From the NCBI GenBank assembly GCA_965248835.1, contig CBDFLJ010000001.1:896001-960000 (forward strand): a stretch of 64,000 nt of DNA, read 5' to 3'. Shown here piece after piece: positions 50,239 through 62,955 of the stretch. Each line of letters opens with the position of its first letter. The first letter of the stretch is position 1. Source of the stretch: Alphaproteobacteria bacterium (GTDB taxonomy: Bacteria; Pseudomonadota; Alphaproteobacteria; MPNO01). The notes below the pieces were generated by a model. It saw only the letters and a list, made by a program, of their open reading frames with translations, was not told the origin of the DNA and searched no databases. Both the position numbers and the translations under genes were made by a program.

Positions 50239-51498
50239 CTAATCGAGTGTGAGCAGCGCCGCCTTCAGGTAAGCGCTTTCCGGCAGATAGGGATGGACCG
50301 GGTGGTCCGGCGCCGCACCCCCGGTGTGGACGATGCGGCCCGCGCGCCCGGCATCGCGCAGCGCCCCGCGCACGGCTTCGGCGAAGTGCGCCGCATCGAC
50401 CCGATGCGAGCACGAAGCAGTGAACAGGAACCCTCCGGGCGCGACCAGGCGCGCGGCCAGGCGGAACAGCTTGCGGTAGCCCTTGAGCCCGCTCGGCAGA
50501 TCCTTCTTGGACTTCACGAAGGCCGGCGGGTCGGCGACCACGATATCGAAGCGGCGGGCCTCGGCGGCGAAGTCCTCCAGCGTGCGAAACGCCTCCCCGC
50601 GCACGAACGCGCAGCGCCCGGCGACGCCGTTGAGGCCGGCCGCCGCCTCGGCGAGTTCCAGCGCCGGCGCCGAGCGGTCGAGGCAGGTCACCGCAGCCGC
50701 GCCGGCGATCGCTGCCTGGACGCCGAATCCGCCCAGATAGCTGTAGATGTCGAGCACCCGCGCCCCGCCGGCGGCGAGCCGGGCAACGCGCGCCCGGTTC
50801 TCGCGGTGATCGAAGAACCAGCCGGTCTTCTGGCCGCCGCCGGGATCGCACAGGAAGCGGGCGCCGTTCTCCTCGACCGCGATGGCCCCGTCCAGCGGCG
50901 CGCCGAGGCTGCGGACATCGGCATCCAGCCCCTCCATCGTCCGCGCCGCGCTGTCGTTGCGCAGCACCACCGCGCGGGGCGCGAGGACCTCCTCGACCGC
51001 CGCGAGCAGCGGCGCCGCGAGCCGGTCCATGCCCGCGGTGTTGAGCTGGATGACGCAGACCTCGCCGTAACGGTCGAGCACCAGACCCGGCAGCCCGTCG
51101 GCCTCCGACCAGGCCAGCCGGTAGAACGGCGCCGCATACAGCCGTTCGCGCAGCGCAAGGGCGGCGCGCAGCCGTGCGGCAAGGAACGCGCGATCGATCT
51201 CGGCATCGGGGTCCTGGCACAACAGCCGCGCGCTGATCAGCGGATGGGGATTGAACATCGCCGCTCCGATGCCGCCGCCCGCGTGATCCCGCAGCGCCAC
51301 GATCGTGCCAGGCACGATCGCCTTGATGTCCGGCGTCATCTGGATCTCGTTGGAATAGGCCCAGGGGTGGCCGGCCCGCATGCGCTTGTGGCGCCCGGCC
51401 GCGAGCTTTACCTGCGGACGCCCTGTGCCGGCATCCGCGCCCGCGGGGGTTGCGAAATCGACTGTGGCCATGGCGCGCAGTCTATCGGGCTCAGTCAC
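50239..51498 (-). CDS. Class I SAM-dependent rRNA methyltransferase (RlmI/RlmK family)
   Basis: GHPW.YSNE, SEADGLPGL..DRY, GQKTGWF.D.R.NR, DPPAF, SCS, DHP.HP..PE..YLK. Exact start uncertain. Confidence 0.9.
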   Translation of the reverse strand: MTEPDRLRAMATVDFATPAGADAGTGRPQVKLAAGRHKRMRAGHPWAYSNEIQMTPDIKAIVPGTIVALRDHAGGGIGAAMFNPHPLISARLLCQDPDAEIDRAFLAARLRAALALRERLYAAPFYRLAWSEADGLPGLVLDRYGEVCVIQLNTAGMDRLAAPLLAAVEEVLAPRAVVLRNDSAARTMEGLDADVRSLGAPLDGAIAVEENGARFLCDPGGGQKTGWFFDHRENRARVARLAAGGARVLDIYSYLGGFGVQAAIAGAAAVTCLDRSAPALELAEAAAGLNGVAGRCAFVRGEAFRTLEDFAAEARRFDIVVADPPAFVKSKKDLPSGLKGYRKLFRLAARLVAPGGFLFTASCSHRVDAAHFAEAVRGALRDAGRAGRIVHTGGAAPDHPVHPYLPESAYLKAALLTLD

Positions 51499-53248
51499 CG
51501 ATCGCCACGCCTTCGCGCCTGGGATCGGCGCCGCCCTCGAGCCCGGCCGGGATGAGGCGGATGCCGTGCAGCCCGCTGTTCAGCCGGCGCGGGCGGACGT
51601 CGTGGCCGAGCGCTTTGAGCGCCGGGGCGATGGCCAGCAGCCCGGTTCCGGCCTCGATCTCTATCGGCCCGTAGCGGTTGATGTGGTTGGACAGCGCGAT
51701 GGCGCGCTGCATGTCGAGCCCCCAGTCGAGCACGCCGATCAGGGTCTTGGCGACATAGCCGATGATCCCCGTGCCGCCGGGCGATCCAACGACCATGTAC
51801 AGCTTGTCCCTGTCGTCGAAGACCAGCGTCGGCGACATCGAGCTGCGCGGCCGCTTGCCCGGCGCGACCCGGTTGGCGACCTTCCTGCCGTCTTGGACCG
51901 GATAGAACGAGAAGTCGGTAAGCTGGTTGTTGAGCAGGAAGCCGCGGACCATCAGCCGCGCGCCGAAGACGTTCTCGATCGAGGACGTCATCGAGACCGC
52001 GTTGCCGTCCGCATCGACGACGCTGACATGGCTGGTCGAGGGCAGCTCGTAGGCGTCGCCCGCCGGCAGCGCCCCCGGTGCATGGGCCTTGCGGTCCCTG
52101 GCCGGGTTGCCCGGTGCAACGCTCTCGATCCGGCCGGTCGGCGAGATCGCCCGGGACCGCCGCGCGATGTAGCGCGGATCGAGCAGGGCCTGGACCGGCA
52201 CGCGGACGAAATCGGGATCGGCCGCGTGCAACTGGCGATCGGCGAACGCAAGCCGGCTGGCCTCGGAGATCAGATGCACCGAACCGGGCGTGCCCGCCCC
52301 GAGCTTCGCCAGGTCGAAGCGCTCCAGCAGGCCCAGGATCTGGAGCACCGCCAGCCCGCCCGAGGTCGGCGGCGGCATGCCGCAGACCCTCCAGCCGCGA
52401 TAGCGCCGGCACAGCGCCTCGCGCTTCTTCGCGCGGTAGTTGGCGAGGTCGAACCGGGTCATCCGTCCGGGATTGCGTTTGGTGCTCCACACCGCGGCGG
52501 CGATGCTGGCCGCGATCTGGCCCTGGTAGAACGCGTCCGCGCCGTTGCGGGCGATCAGGTCGAGGGTGTCGGCGTATTCCGGGTTCCGCAGCAGGCTGCC
52601 CGCCTGCTTGGGCTTGCCGTCGGCGGTGAAGAAATAGGCCCGCGTGGGCAGGAAATCGGCTAGATGCTTGGCATAGCCGATCAGAAAATGGAGCCGGGGC
52701 GAGATCGCGAACCCCTCGCGCGCGAGCCTGATCGCCGGTCCGAACAGTCTCGCCCAGGACAGATTGCCGTGGTCGCGATGGGCAAGCTCCAGCATCCGCA
52801 TGACGCCCGGCACGCCCACGGATTGCCCGCCGACGACCGCATCGAGGAACCTGCGCGGCCTGCCCTCTCTATCGAGGAAGATGTCGGGCTCGATCTCGGC
52901 CGGCGCGGTCTCACGCCCGTCATAAGCCTCCACGGCGTTGTTTGCCCGGTCGTAGTGCAGCAGGAACGCGCCGCCGCCGATGCCCGAACTCTGCGGTTCG
53001 ACAAGGCCGAGGACGAGTTGGGTCGCGATCGCGGCATCGACCGCCGAGCCGCCGGCGCGCAGAATCTCCCGTCCTGCCCCGGCCGCGAGCGGATTGGCCG
53101 CAGCGATCATGTGGCGCTTGGCCGGTTCCGCCGCGCCGACCGGTTCCGCCGCGCCGGCCGATTGCGCCGCATACGCCAGCAATGCAGCGGCGCTCAGCGC
53201 GGCGAGACGGCGGCGCAGCCGCGCCCCGCCGAGGGTCCGTCGGTTCAT
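51491..53248 (-). CDS. ggt: Gamma-glutamyltransferase (signal peptide)
   Basis: GG.AVDAAIA, EPQSSGIGGG.F, DGRETAP, PPPTSGG, nucleophile STSH.SVVD, NNQLTDF, KRPRSSMSP, GADPRREG. Confidence 0.93.
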   Translation of the reverse strand: MNRRTLGGARLRRRLAALSAAALLAYAAQSAGAAEPVGAAEPAKRHMIAAANPLAAGAGREILRAGGSAVDAAIATQLVLGLVEPQSSGIGGGAFLLHYDRANNAVEAYDGRETAPAEIEPDIFLDREGRPRRFLDAVVGGQSVGVPGVMRMLELAHRDHGNLSWARLFGPAIRLAREGFAISPRLHFLIGYAKHLADFLPTRAYFFTADGKPKQAGSLLRNPEYADTLDLIARNGADAFYQGQIAASIAAAVWSTKRNPGRMTRFDLANYRAKKREALCRRYRGWRVCGMPPPTSGGLAVLQILGLLERFDLAKLGAGTPGSVHLISEASRLAFADRQLHAADPDFVRVPVQALLDPRYIARRSRAISPTGRIESVAPGNPARDRKAHAPGALPAGDAYELPSTSHVSVVDADGNAVSMTSSIENVFGARLMVRGFLLNNQLTDFSFYPVQDGRKVANRVAPGKRPRSSMSPTLVFDDRDKLYMVVGSPGGTGIIGYVAKTLIGVLDWGLDMQRAIALSNHINRYGPIEIEAGTGLLAIAPALKALGHDVRPRRLNSGLHGIRLIPAGLEGGADPRREGVAIGD

Positions 53249-53393
53249 GGCGCCGCAGGATAGCATCGTGACCCGGCGATCGCGCAATCGTCGGCATTTC
53301 GCAATCGCACAAAAGGGTCTACAAGACGGCGTTGCGAGGCTGGCGGCGGGCACCGCCGGGGCGACGGCGGCGCCGGCATGACGAGAGGGTGAG

Positions 53394-54230
53394 ATGAGCG
53401 TGGCGACTCGACGCGAACGCATGACCGTTCCGGCGCTCCGCGGCCGCAAGGGCGGCGAGCCGATCGTCGCCTTGACCGCCTACACCGCACCACAGGCCAA
53501 GACGCTGGACCCCCATGTCGACATTCTTCTGGTCGGCGATTCGCTCGGCATGGTGGTCTATGGCTTGGACTCCACGCTGGGCGTGACGCTTGAGATGATG
53601 AGCGCCCACGGCGCAGCGGTGGTGCGCGGCTCGGACCGGGCGTGCGTCATCGTCGACATGCCCTTCGCCAGCTATCAGGAATCGCCCGAGCAGGCCTACC
53701 GCAACGCCGCCCGGCTGATGATCGAGACCGGCTGCGCCGGCGTGAAGCTCGAAGGCGGGACCGAGATGGCATCGACGGTCGCGTTCCTGACCCGCCGGTC
53801 GATCCCGGTGATGGGACATGTCGGGCTGATGCCGCAATCGGTCAATGCCTATGGCGGGTTCAGGGTGCAGGGCCGCGACCGCGACGATGCCCGCGCGATC
53901 CTCGCCGATGCGCGCGCCATCGCCGATGCCGGGGCATTCTCCATGGTCATCGAGGGCGTGGTCGAGCCGGTCGCGCGCGAGATCACCGGCACGGTCGCGA
54001 TCCCGACGATCGGCATCGGCGCCTCGCCGCACTGCGACGGCCAGGTGCTGGTGACCGAGGACATGGCCGGGCTTTTCTCCGATTTCACGCCGCGCTTCGT
54101 CCGCCGCTACGCTGCGCTCGGCGATGCGCTGGGGGCGGCCGCCGCCGACTACGCGCGCGACGTCCGCGAGCGGCGCTTCCCCGGACCGGAGAATTGCTTC
54201 GGCGTGCCCAAGCGGGCCAAGCTCGCCTGA
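53394..54230 (+). CDS. panB: 3-methyl-2-oxobutanoate hydroxymethyltransferase
   Basis: [38 protein letters not shown]...DGQVLV..D. Confidence 0.97.
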   Translation: MSVATRRERMTVPALRGRKGGEPIVALTAYTAPQAKTLDPHVDILLVGDSLGMVVYGLDSTLGVTLEMMSAHGAAVVRGSDRACVIVDMPFASYQESPEQAYRNAARLMIETGCAGVKLEGGTEMASTVAFLTRRSIPVMGHVGLMPQSVNAYGGFRVQGRDRDDARAILADARAIADAGAFSMVIEGVVEPVAREITGTVAIPTIGIGASPHCDGQVLVTEDMAGLFSDFTPRFVRRYAALGDALGAAAADYARDVRERRFPGPENCFGVPKRAKLA

Positions 54231-54269
54231 TCCGACCGATCGCGGGGCGCGCAGGCCGGCTTCCGAACC

Positions 54270-55124
54270 ATGGAGATCGTTCGCACCACCGCAGAGGTCC
54301 GCGCCGTGGTGCGGGTGTGGCGCGCGCGCGGGTTCTCCGTCGGTCTGGTGCCGACGATGGGCGGAATCCATGCCGGACACCTGGCGCTGGTCGATTCGGC
54401 CGACCGGGAGGCCGACCGGGTGGTCGTCAGCCTCTTCGTCAACCCCAAGCAGTTCGCCCGGGGCGAGGATTTGTCGTCCTACCCGCGGGATGAGGCCGCC
54501 GATGCCGCGCTGCTGGCGGCGGCCGGCGCCGACCTCCTGTTCGCGCCGGGCCTGGCCGAGGTCTATCCCGAGGGGTTCGGCACAACCATCGCGGTCGACG
54601 GGTTGACCGAGGGTCTGTGCGGCGCCTTCCGTCCCGGGCATTTCCACGGCGTAGCCACCATCGTTGCGAAGCTGTTCAACATGGTCGGGCCGGATTTCGC
54701 CTGGTTCGGCGAAAAGGACTACCAGCAGCTCCAGGTGATCAAGCGCCTGGTCCACGACCTCGACCTGCCGGTGGCGGTCCGCGGGGTGGCGACCGTGCGC
54801 GAGCCGGACGGCCTGGCGCTGTCCTCGCGCAACGCCTATCTGAGCCCCGCCGAACGCCGCGCGGCGCCGGCGCTCTACGCGTCCCTGGTGGCGCTTTCCG
54901 AGGCTTTGAGCGCCGGCGCCGGCGATATCGCGGGCGAGATCGCACGAACGGCTGATGGCTTGCGCAAGGCCGGGTTCGATCCGATCGACTATGTCGCGGT
55001 GGTCGATGCGCAGACGCTCGTCCCACTGAGCGGGCCGATTTCCCGCCCGGGCCGCGCGCTTGCCGCAGCAAGGCTCGGACAGGCACGGCTGATCGACAAC
55101 GTCGCGGTCGCCCCGCCGGCCTGA
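54270..55124 (+). CDS. panC: Pantoate--beta-alanine ligase
   Basis: VPTMG..H.GH..L, FVNP.QF, RPGHF.GV, FGEKDYQQ, RE.DGLA.SSRN, RLIDN. Confidence 0.97.
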   Translation: MEIVRTTAEVRAVVRVWRARGFSVGLVPTMGGIHAGHLALVDSADREADRVVVSLFVNPKQFARGEDLSSYPRDEAADAALLAAAGADLLFAPGLAEVYPEGFGTTIAVDGLTEGLCGAFRPGHFHGVATIVAKLFNMVGPDFAWFGEKDYQQLQVIKRLVHDLDLPVAVRGVATVREPDGLALSSRNAYLSPAERRAAPALYASLVALSEALSAGAGDIAGEIARTADGLRKAGFDPIDYVAVVDAQTLVPLSGPISRPGRALAAARLGQARLIDNVAVAPPA

Positions 55125-55243
55125 AATGCGGCCTGCTTCAGGCGGATCGAGCCGGTCCGGCCCGCGAATTTCCTTACCGCCGTTTCCCCGTCGCCCCGGG
55201 CGTGGCATAGTCGGCCGCACCTTCAGTGACGGGACGCTGTCCG

Positions 55244-55915
55244 ATGTTCTACGAAACCGACGGCAACGACCACGGGCTTCCCTACAACCCCTACAAGTCG
55301 ATCGTCGTGCCGCGGCCGATCGGCTGGGTCTCCACGCTCGACCGCGAGGGTGGCGTCAACCTCGCCCCGTTCAGCCAGTTCAACAATTTGGGCTACGATC
55401 CGCCCTATGTGATGTTCGCGGCCGGCCAGAAGCCCGACGGCTCGCCCAAGGACAGCGTGGTCAACGCGATGAGCGGGGGCGAGTTCGTCTGCTCGATGGC
55501 GACCTACGCGCTGCGCGAGGCGGTCAACACCACCGCTCAGATGCTCGATGCCGATGTCGACGAGATGGCGTTGGCCGGGCTGACACCCGCGCCTTCGCGC
55601 CTGGTCGCCCCGCCGCGGGTCGCCGAATCCCCGGTGCATCTCGAATGCCGGTTCCACGCCTCGATGGTCCTGCCGGGCCACACGGTGGTGAACAACGCCC
55701 ACGTCGTGGTCGGCCGGGTGGTCGGGGTCCATATCGACGACGACGCGCTGACCGCGGACGGCAAGCTCGATATCGCCCGGATCAGGCCGTTGGCACGGCT
55801 CGGCTACTTCGACTACACCGCCGTGGAGTCGGTGTTCTCGATGGCCCCCGGCGGGCCCAATGTCGAGGCCTTCCGCCGCGGGCTGGCGGGCGAAGCGCGC
55901 GGCGCGGCCGAATAG
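55244..55915 (+). CDS. Flavin reductase family protein
   Basis: VVPRPIGW.ST, NLAPFS.FN, KDS..N, V.ESP..LEC, PLARLGY..Y. Confidence 0.9.
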   Translation: MFYETDGNDHGLPYNPYKSIVVPRPIGWVSTLDREGGVNLAPFSQFNNLGYDPPYVMFAAGQKPDGSPKDSVVNAMSGGEFVCSMATYALREAVNTTAQMLDADVDEMALAGLTPAPSRLVAPPRVAESPVHLECRFHASMVLPGHTVVNNAHVVVGRVVGVHIDDDALTADGKLDIARIRPLARLGYFDYTAVESVFSMAPGGPNVEAFRRGLAGEARGAAE

Positions 55916-56004
55916 CAAGCGCTCGACGAACCGGGAAATGGCGCGCGTTCGCGGCGGCCTTGCCGCCGGTGAGCGGCGACTGCCGCGCCCGGTCGCGCGG
56001 CTCG

Positions 56005-56033
56005 TTGCACGCGCCGCGTCAAGCCTGTATATC
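56005..56033 (+). promoter_or_regulatory. Putative sigma70 promoter of tRNA-Arg
   Basis: TTGCAC-N17-TATATC followed by a GC-rich discriminator, 13 nt before the tRNA. Confidence 0.6.
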
Positions 56034-56046
56034 CGCCGCCACCAGC

Positions 56047-56123
56047 GCGCCCGTAGCTCAACTGGATAGAGCACCTGACTACGGATCAGGAGGTTGGGAG
56101 TTCGAATCTCTCCGGGCGCGCCA
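56047..56123 (+). tRNA. tRNA-Arg(ACG)
   Basis: GCGCCCG/CGGGCGC acceptor, anticodon arm CCTGA-CTACGGA-TCAGG, GTTCGAATC, GCCA end. 77 nt. Confidence 0.97.
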
Positions 56124-56153
56124 ATGCCTTGTCCGACGCCGCACACATCCCAC

Positions 56154-56431
56154 CCCGATCTATTCATCCTATCGCCGATTTCCGACAATGCCGGTGCGGC
56201 GCGAACGGGGGCGTGACGCGCGGGTCCAGCGGTTGCGAGGCGCCTAACCAGCATAAGCAAGAGCGCGGCGTCCGGCCATGCCGAGGCGAACCGGATGCGG
56301 GCGGCCTTTTCGGCGACCTGGGCGCCGATCTTGAGCGGGCGTTGCCTGACGGCGAAGCATTCGGCCTTGCCGGAACAACGATTATGCCATGCTCGCCGGC
56401 CCAAATTCAGGACCGGAAGAAATAGATCGGG
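56154..56431 (-). mobile_element. Non-autonomous (MITE-like) internally deleted IS element, probably IS1380 family
   Basis: Perfect 11-bp terminal inverted repeats CCCGATCTATT (56154-56164) and AATAGATCGGG (56421-56431). Internal minus-strand 56368-56222 reads KAECFAVRQRPLKIGAQVAEKAARIRFASAWPDAALLLMLVRRLATAGP, which resembles IS1380 transposase C termini (from recall). Confidence 0.7.
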
Positions 56432-56432
56432 C

Positions 56433-58220
<1,788 letters not shown>

Positions 58221-58292
58221 CCTCGGGTTCCTTTCGGCGTAACCGGCGAGCCTGGGCGGCGGGCAAGGCGCCAAGGCGGCTTCGATGCCGGC

Positions 58293-59720
58293 TCAGAGCA
58301 CCTTTCCGGGGTTCATCAGGTTGTCGGGGTCGAGGCTCGCCTTGATGCGGCGCATCAGGTCGAGCGCGACCGCCTGCTTGTAGCGTACAAGCGCCGCGCG
58401 CTTGAGCTGGCCGATACCGTGCTCGGCGCTGATGCTGCCGCGCATCGCCGCCGCGATGTCGTGGACGATGCGGTTGAGCTCGTCCTCGCGGTCCATGAAC
58501 GCCGCACCGTCCGCCCCTTCCGGCTGGCTGAGATTGAAGTGGATGTTGCCGTCGCCGACATGGCCGAACGCGCACACCCTGACGCCGGGAACGCGTTCCA
58601 CCGTCCGGCGCGCCGCCTCGTCCATGAAGGAAGCGACCTGGGAGACCGGCACCGAGACGTCGTGCTTGATCGAGGCGCCTTCATGCTTCTGGGCCTCCGG
58701 GATGGTCTCGCGCAGCTTCCAGAAATCGGCCGCCTGGCCGCCGCTTTCGGCGATCACCGCATCGCGCACCAGACCGTCTTCCATGGCTTGGGCCAGGAAG
58801 GATTCGGTAAGCGTGCGGACCGCGTCGTCGGCCGCGCCGGCGGCGAGTTCGAGCAGAACGTAGCACGGGTGGGGCCGGTCGAACGGATCCCGCGTGCCGG
58901 GAATATGGGCGAAGACCAGCGCGAGCGGCAGCCGCAGCATCAGCTCGAAAGCCGTCACCCGGTCGCCGGTCGCGGCGCGGGCGCGGGCGAGCAAGGCGAC
59001 CGCAGCCGCCGGGTCATCGACCGCCAGCAAAGCCGTCTCCATCCCGTGCGGCCGCGGGAACAGCTTCAGCACCGCCGCGGTGATGATGCCCAAGGTGCCC
59101 TCGGCGCCGATGAACAGGTGCTTGAGGTCGTATCCGGTATTGTCCTTGCGCAACGCCGACAGCCCGTCCCAGATCCGGCCGTCGGGCAGCACCACCTCGA
59201 GCCCGAGCGCGAGGTCCCTTGCGTTGCCGTAGCGCAGGACCCCGGTGCCGCCGGCATTGGTCGACAGGTTGCCGCCGATCCGCGCCGTCCCCTCCCCGCC
59301 CAGGCTCAGCGGGAACAGCCGGTCGACCTCGGCGGCGGCCTTCTGCACGTCGGCCAGGATCACCCCGGCCTCGACGGTGATGGTGTAGTTCACCGGATCG
59401 ACCGCGCGGACCCGGTTGAGCCGGGCGAGGCTGAGGACGATCGCCCGGCCGCCCTCATCGGGAGTCGCGGCCCCGCACAGCCCGGTGTTGCCGCCCTGGG
59501 GAACGATCGGGACGCGGTGTTCGGCGCACAGCCGGACGGTCGCCGCGACCGCCTCGGTATCGGCAGGGCGCACCACCGCCACCGCCTTGCCGCGGTACCG
59601 GCCGCGCTCATCGATCAGGAACGGCGCCATGTCGGCCGGCTCGGTCAACAGCGCGGCGGGGCCAAGCAGGCCTTCCAGCCGGCCGATGATGTCTTCGGAG
59701 AGAACGCGCGTACCCGCCAT
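58293..59720 (-). CDS. FAD-binding oxidoreductase (D-2-hydroxyacid dehydrogenase type)
   Basis: PQGGNTGL.G, IGGN.STNAGG, LRKDNTGYDL, G.EGTLG, KHDVSVP, GH.GDGN.H, SAEHG.G, DP...MNPGK. Confidence 0.92.
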   Translation of the reverse strand: MAGTRVLSEDIIGRLEGLLGPAALLTEPADMAPFLIDERGRYRGKAVAVVRPADTEAVAATVRLCAEHRVPIVPQGGNTGLCGAATPDEGGRAIVLSLARLNRVRAVDPVNYTITVEAGVILADVQKAAAEVDRLFPLSLGGEGTARIGGNLSTNAGGTGVLRYGNARDLALGLEVVLPDGRIWDGLSALRKDNTGYDLKHLFIGAEGTLGIITAAVLKLFPRPHGMETALLAVDDPAAAVALLARARAATGDRVTAFELMLRLPLALVFAHIPGTRDPFDRPHPCYVLLELAAGAADDAVRTLTESFLAQAMEDGLVRDAVIAESGGQAADFWKLRETIPEAQKHEGASIKHDVSVPVSQVASFMDEAARRTVERVPGVRVCAFGHVGDGNIHFNLSQPEGADGAAFMDREDELNRIVHDIAAAMRGSISAEHGIGQLKRAALVRYKQAVALDLMRRIKASLDPDNLMNPGKVL

Positions 59721-59730
59721 GGGGATGGAT

Positions 59731-60685
59731 TTAGCCCGGCCGGCGGGGCGCGGCAAGCCGGCCGGCCGCGGCCGCCCGACGCAGCCGGTCCATGATCGCC
59801 CGGCCGAGCCCGGTCTCGGGCACCGGCATGGCCACGATGCCCGCATAGTCCGGCCGATCGAGGTCGCGGAGCATTGCGAACAGGTTGGCGGCAGCCTCGA
59901 TCAGATCGCCGCCGGGGCTCAGGTTGCGCTCGGCCGCGAAACCCGAAGGCGCATGGGCGCCGAAGGACAGCAGCGCCTCGCCCGGCCGAACCGGTTCCGC
60001 ACCGATCCGGAGCGGCAGGCGCGGCGCGTAGTGGCTTTCCAGCCGGCCCGGCGCGCGCGGGGCGCCGTCATCGCCGGCGGCCGCATCCGAGACCGGACCC
60101 AGCACTGCCGCCAGATCCTCCAGCGGGACCCCGCCCGGCCGCAGCAGGACCGGACGGGCGTCGACGAGGTCGATCACGGCGGATTCGAGCCCGACCGCGC
60201 ATGGCCCGCCGTCGAGGATCACATCGACCGCATCGCCCAGCGTGTCGGCGACGTGTCCGGCCCGCGTCGGGCTGACGCCGCCGGCCGGGTTGGCGCTCGG
60301 GGCCGCGACCGGCACGCCGGCGGCCTCGATCAGCGCGAGGGCGATGTCGTTCGCCGGCACCCGGACCGCCAGCGTGTCCAGCCCGGCACCGGCCAGACGC
60401 GAGACCGGTGCATCGCCGCGCCGCGGCAGCACCAGGGACAGCGGGCCGGGCCAGAACCGCGCTGCCGCCGCGCGCGCGCGGTCGTCGAAGGCGACGATCG
60501 TCTCGGCCCGCGCGAGGTCCGGGACATGGATGATCAGCGGGTTGAAGCGCGGCCGGTTCTTGACCGCGAAGATCCGCGCGACCGCGCAGTCGTTGCCGGC
60601 ATCGGCGCCGAGGCCGTAGACCGTCTCGGTCGGGAAAGCGACCAGCGCGCCCGCGCGGAGCCTGCGCGCGGCCTCGGCGAGCGCC

Positions 60686-60699
<14 letters not shown>
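59731..60699 (-). CDS. sua5: L-threonylcarbamoyladenylate synthase (Sua5 type)
   Basis: VAFPTETVYGLGA, K.RP..NPLI.H, FWPGPL, AAPSAN, G.ES, LLRPG, PG.L.SHYAP, and a Sua5 C-terminal domain. Confidence 0.93.
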
Positions 60700-61468
<769 letters not shown>

Positions 61469-61472
61469 CCGT

Positions 61473-62318
61473 TCAGCGCGCCCCGGGCCAGGTCGCCGCC
61501 GTACCGACAGCGGGCCAGGCGGCCGGCGCGCGGGCCGCTTGCGCCGCCTCGCCCGGCGGGATCGCCGGGTCGAAGTCGTTGGCGACGAACCGGCAATCCG
61601 TCACCCCGTCGGAGGCCTCGGAGGCAAGCCACAGGATCGGGGCCACCATGACCCCGGGCTGGACCAGCGCCGTGCGGTCGAACGGCGCGTTGGCCGGGAT
61701 GAAGCCGGTATTGGTCGGCCCGCCGGGCACCAGCACGTTTGCCGTCACCCCGGTCCCGTCGAGATCCTTGGCCCATGTCGAGGTCGCGGCCTCGAGCGCG
61801 GCCTTGGACTGGCCGTAGGGCGTGTAGGCCTTGCGGTGCATGGTATCGAGGCTGGTGGTGACGTTGACGATCCGGCCCCAGCCCTGAGCCAGCATGTGCG
61901 GAACGGCGAACCTGGCCAGCATGAACGGCGCCTTGAAGTTCACGTCCATCATCCGCTGCCAGCGGTCGATGTCGGCCTCCCAGAACGGGACGGGCTCGTT
62001 CATATAGGTCTCGCGGATGGTCTGCATGCCGATCCCGGCATTGTTGACCAGCATGTGCAGCCCGCCGAAAACTGCGATCGTCCGCCGCACGAGGTCTTCG
62101 CAGGCTGCCGGGTCGGTGATGTCGGCGGTGGCCGGTTCGACCCGGCCCGGGCCGTTGCGCTTCTTGGCCTCCTCGGCCAGCGCCCGCAGCGGTTCCTCGC
62201 GGACATCGACCGCCAGCACATCGGCGCCCTCGCCGATCAAGCCCAACGACATCGCGCTGCCCATGCCGCCGCCGGCCCCGGTCATCAGCACCGTTCTTCC
62301 GCTCAGCGACCCCGCCAC
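61473..62318 (-). CDS. SDR family NAD(P)-dependent oxidoreductase
   Basis: GGGAGA SD then GTG 62318. TGAGGGMG, LVNNAG, YGQSK. Confidence 0.88.
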   Translation of the reverse strand: MAGSLSGRTVLMTGAGGGMGSAMSLGLIGEGADVLAVDVREEPLRALAEEAKKRNGPGRVEPATADITDPAACEDLVRRTIAVFGGLHMLVNNAGIGMQTIRETYMNEPVPFWEADIDRWQRMMDVNFKAPFMLARFAVPHMLAQGWGRIVNVTTSLDTMHRKAYTPYGQSKAALEAATSTWAKDLDGTGVTANVLVPGGPTNTGFIPANAPFDRTALVQPGVMVAPILWLASEASDGVTDCRFVANDFDPAIPPGEAAQAARAPAAWPAVGTAATWPGAR

Positions 62319-62472
62319 CGACCGTCTCCCGCCTGCGTCGTCTGCACAGGGGCCGGACCATAGCGACAGCCTCCGCCGTGGCCAAGGCCCCCGATCGCGC
62401 CGGCCCGAAAACTGGACATCGCCGGTGCCGTTGCCGATCATGGCGGCCATCGGGCGCTGAACGGGGGGCGAC

Positions 62473-62916
62473 ATGGGTGTGGAACTCATCATCACGTCGA
62501 TCATCGGCGGAATCGTTGCGACCTACGTATTGCTGGCGATGGCGGCCTGGTCGCACCGGCTCGGCCTGCCGCGGCTCGATTTCGCCAAGGCGATGGCGGG
62601 GCTGACTTTCGGCGACAGCTTCGAAGGGCGCGAGCCGCCCTATTGGGCCGGGATGGCGGTCGTCTACATGAACGGCATCCTGTTCGCGCTGGTCTATTCG
62701 ACGGTGGTCGCGCAATACCTGCCGGGGATCCCGGTGGTGCGCGGCACGCTTTGGGGGATCATCCTGTATTTCGCGTCCTGCCTGTTCTATGTGCCGCTCT
62801 ATCTGCGCGAGGGGTTCTTCCTGTCGCATGTCCACAAGCGCGCCTGGATCACCTCGGGCATGGTCCACGGGCTCTACGGCATCGTCGTCGGCTGGCTGTG
62901 CCCGATCGCGGCCTGA
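62473..62916 (+). CDS. Hypothetical membrane protein (about 4 TM)
   Basis: Hydrophobic segments, G.LFA..Y and H..YG motifs, host-like codon usage. Confidence 0.75.
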   Translation: MGVELIITSIIGGIVATYVLLAMAAWSHRLGLPRLDFAKAMAGLTFGDSFEGREPPYWAGMAVVYMNGILFALVYSTVVAQYLPGIPVVRGTLWGIILYFASCLFYVPLYLREGFFLSHVHKRAWITSGMVHGLYGIVVGWLCPIAA

Positions 62917-62955
62917 GACCGGCGCCGGTCAGGGACCGCGCCGGCCGGGCTTCTC

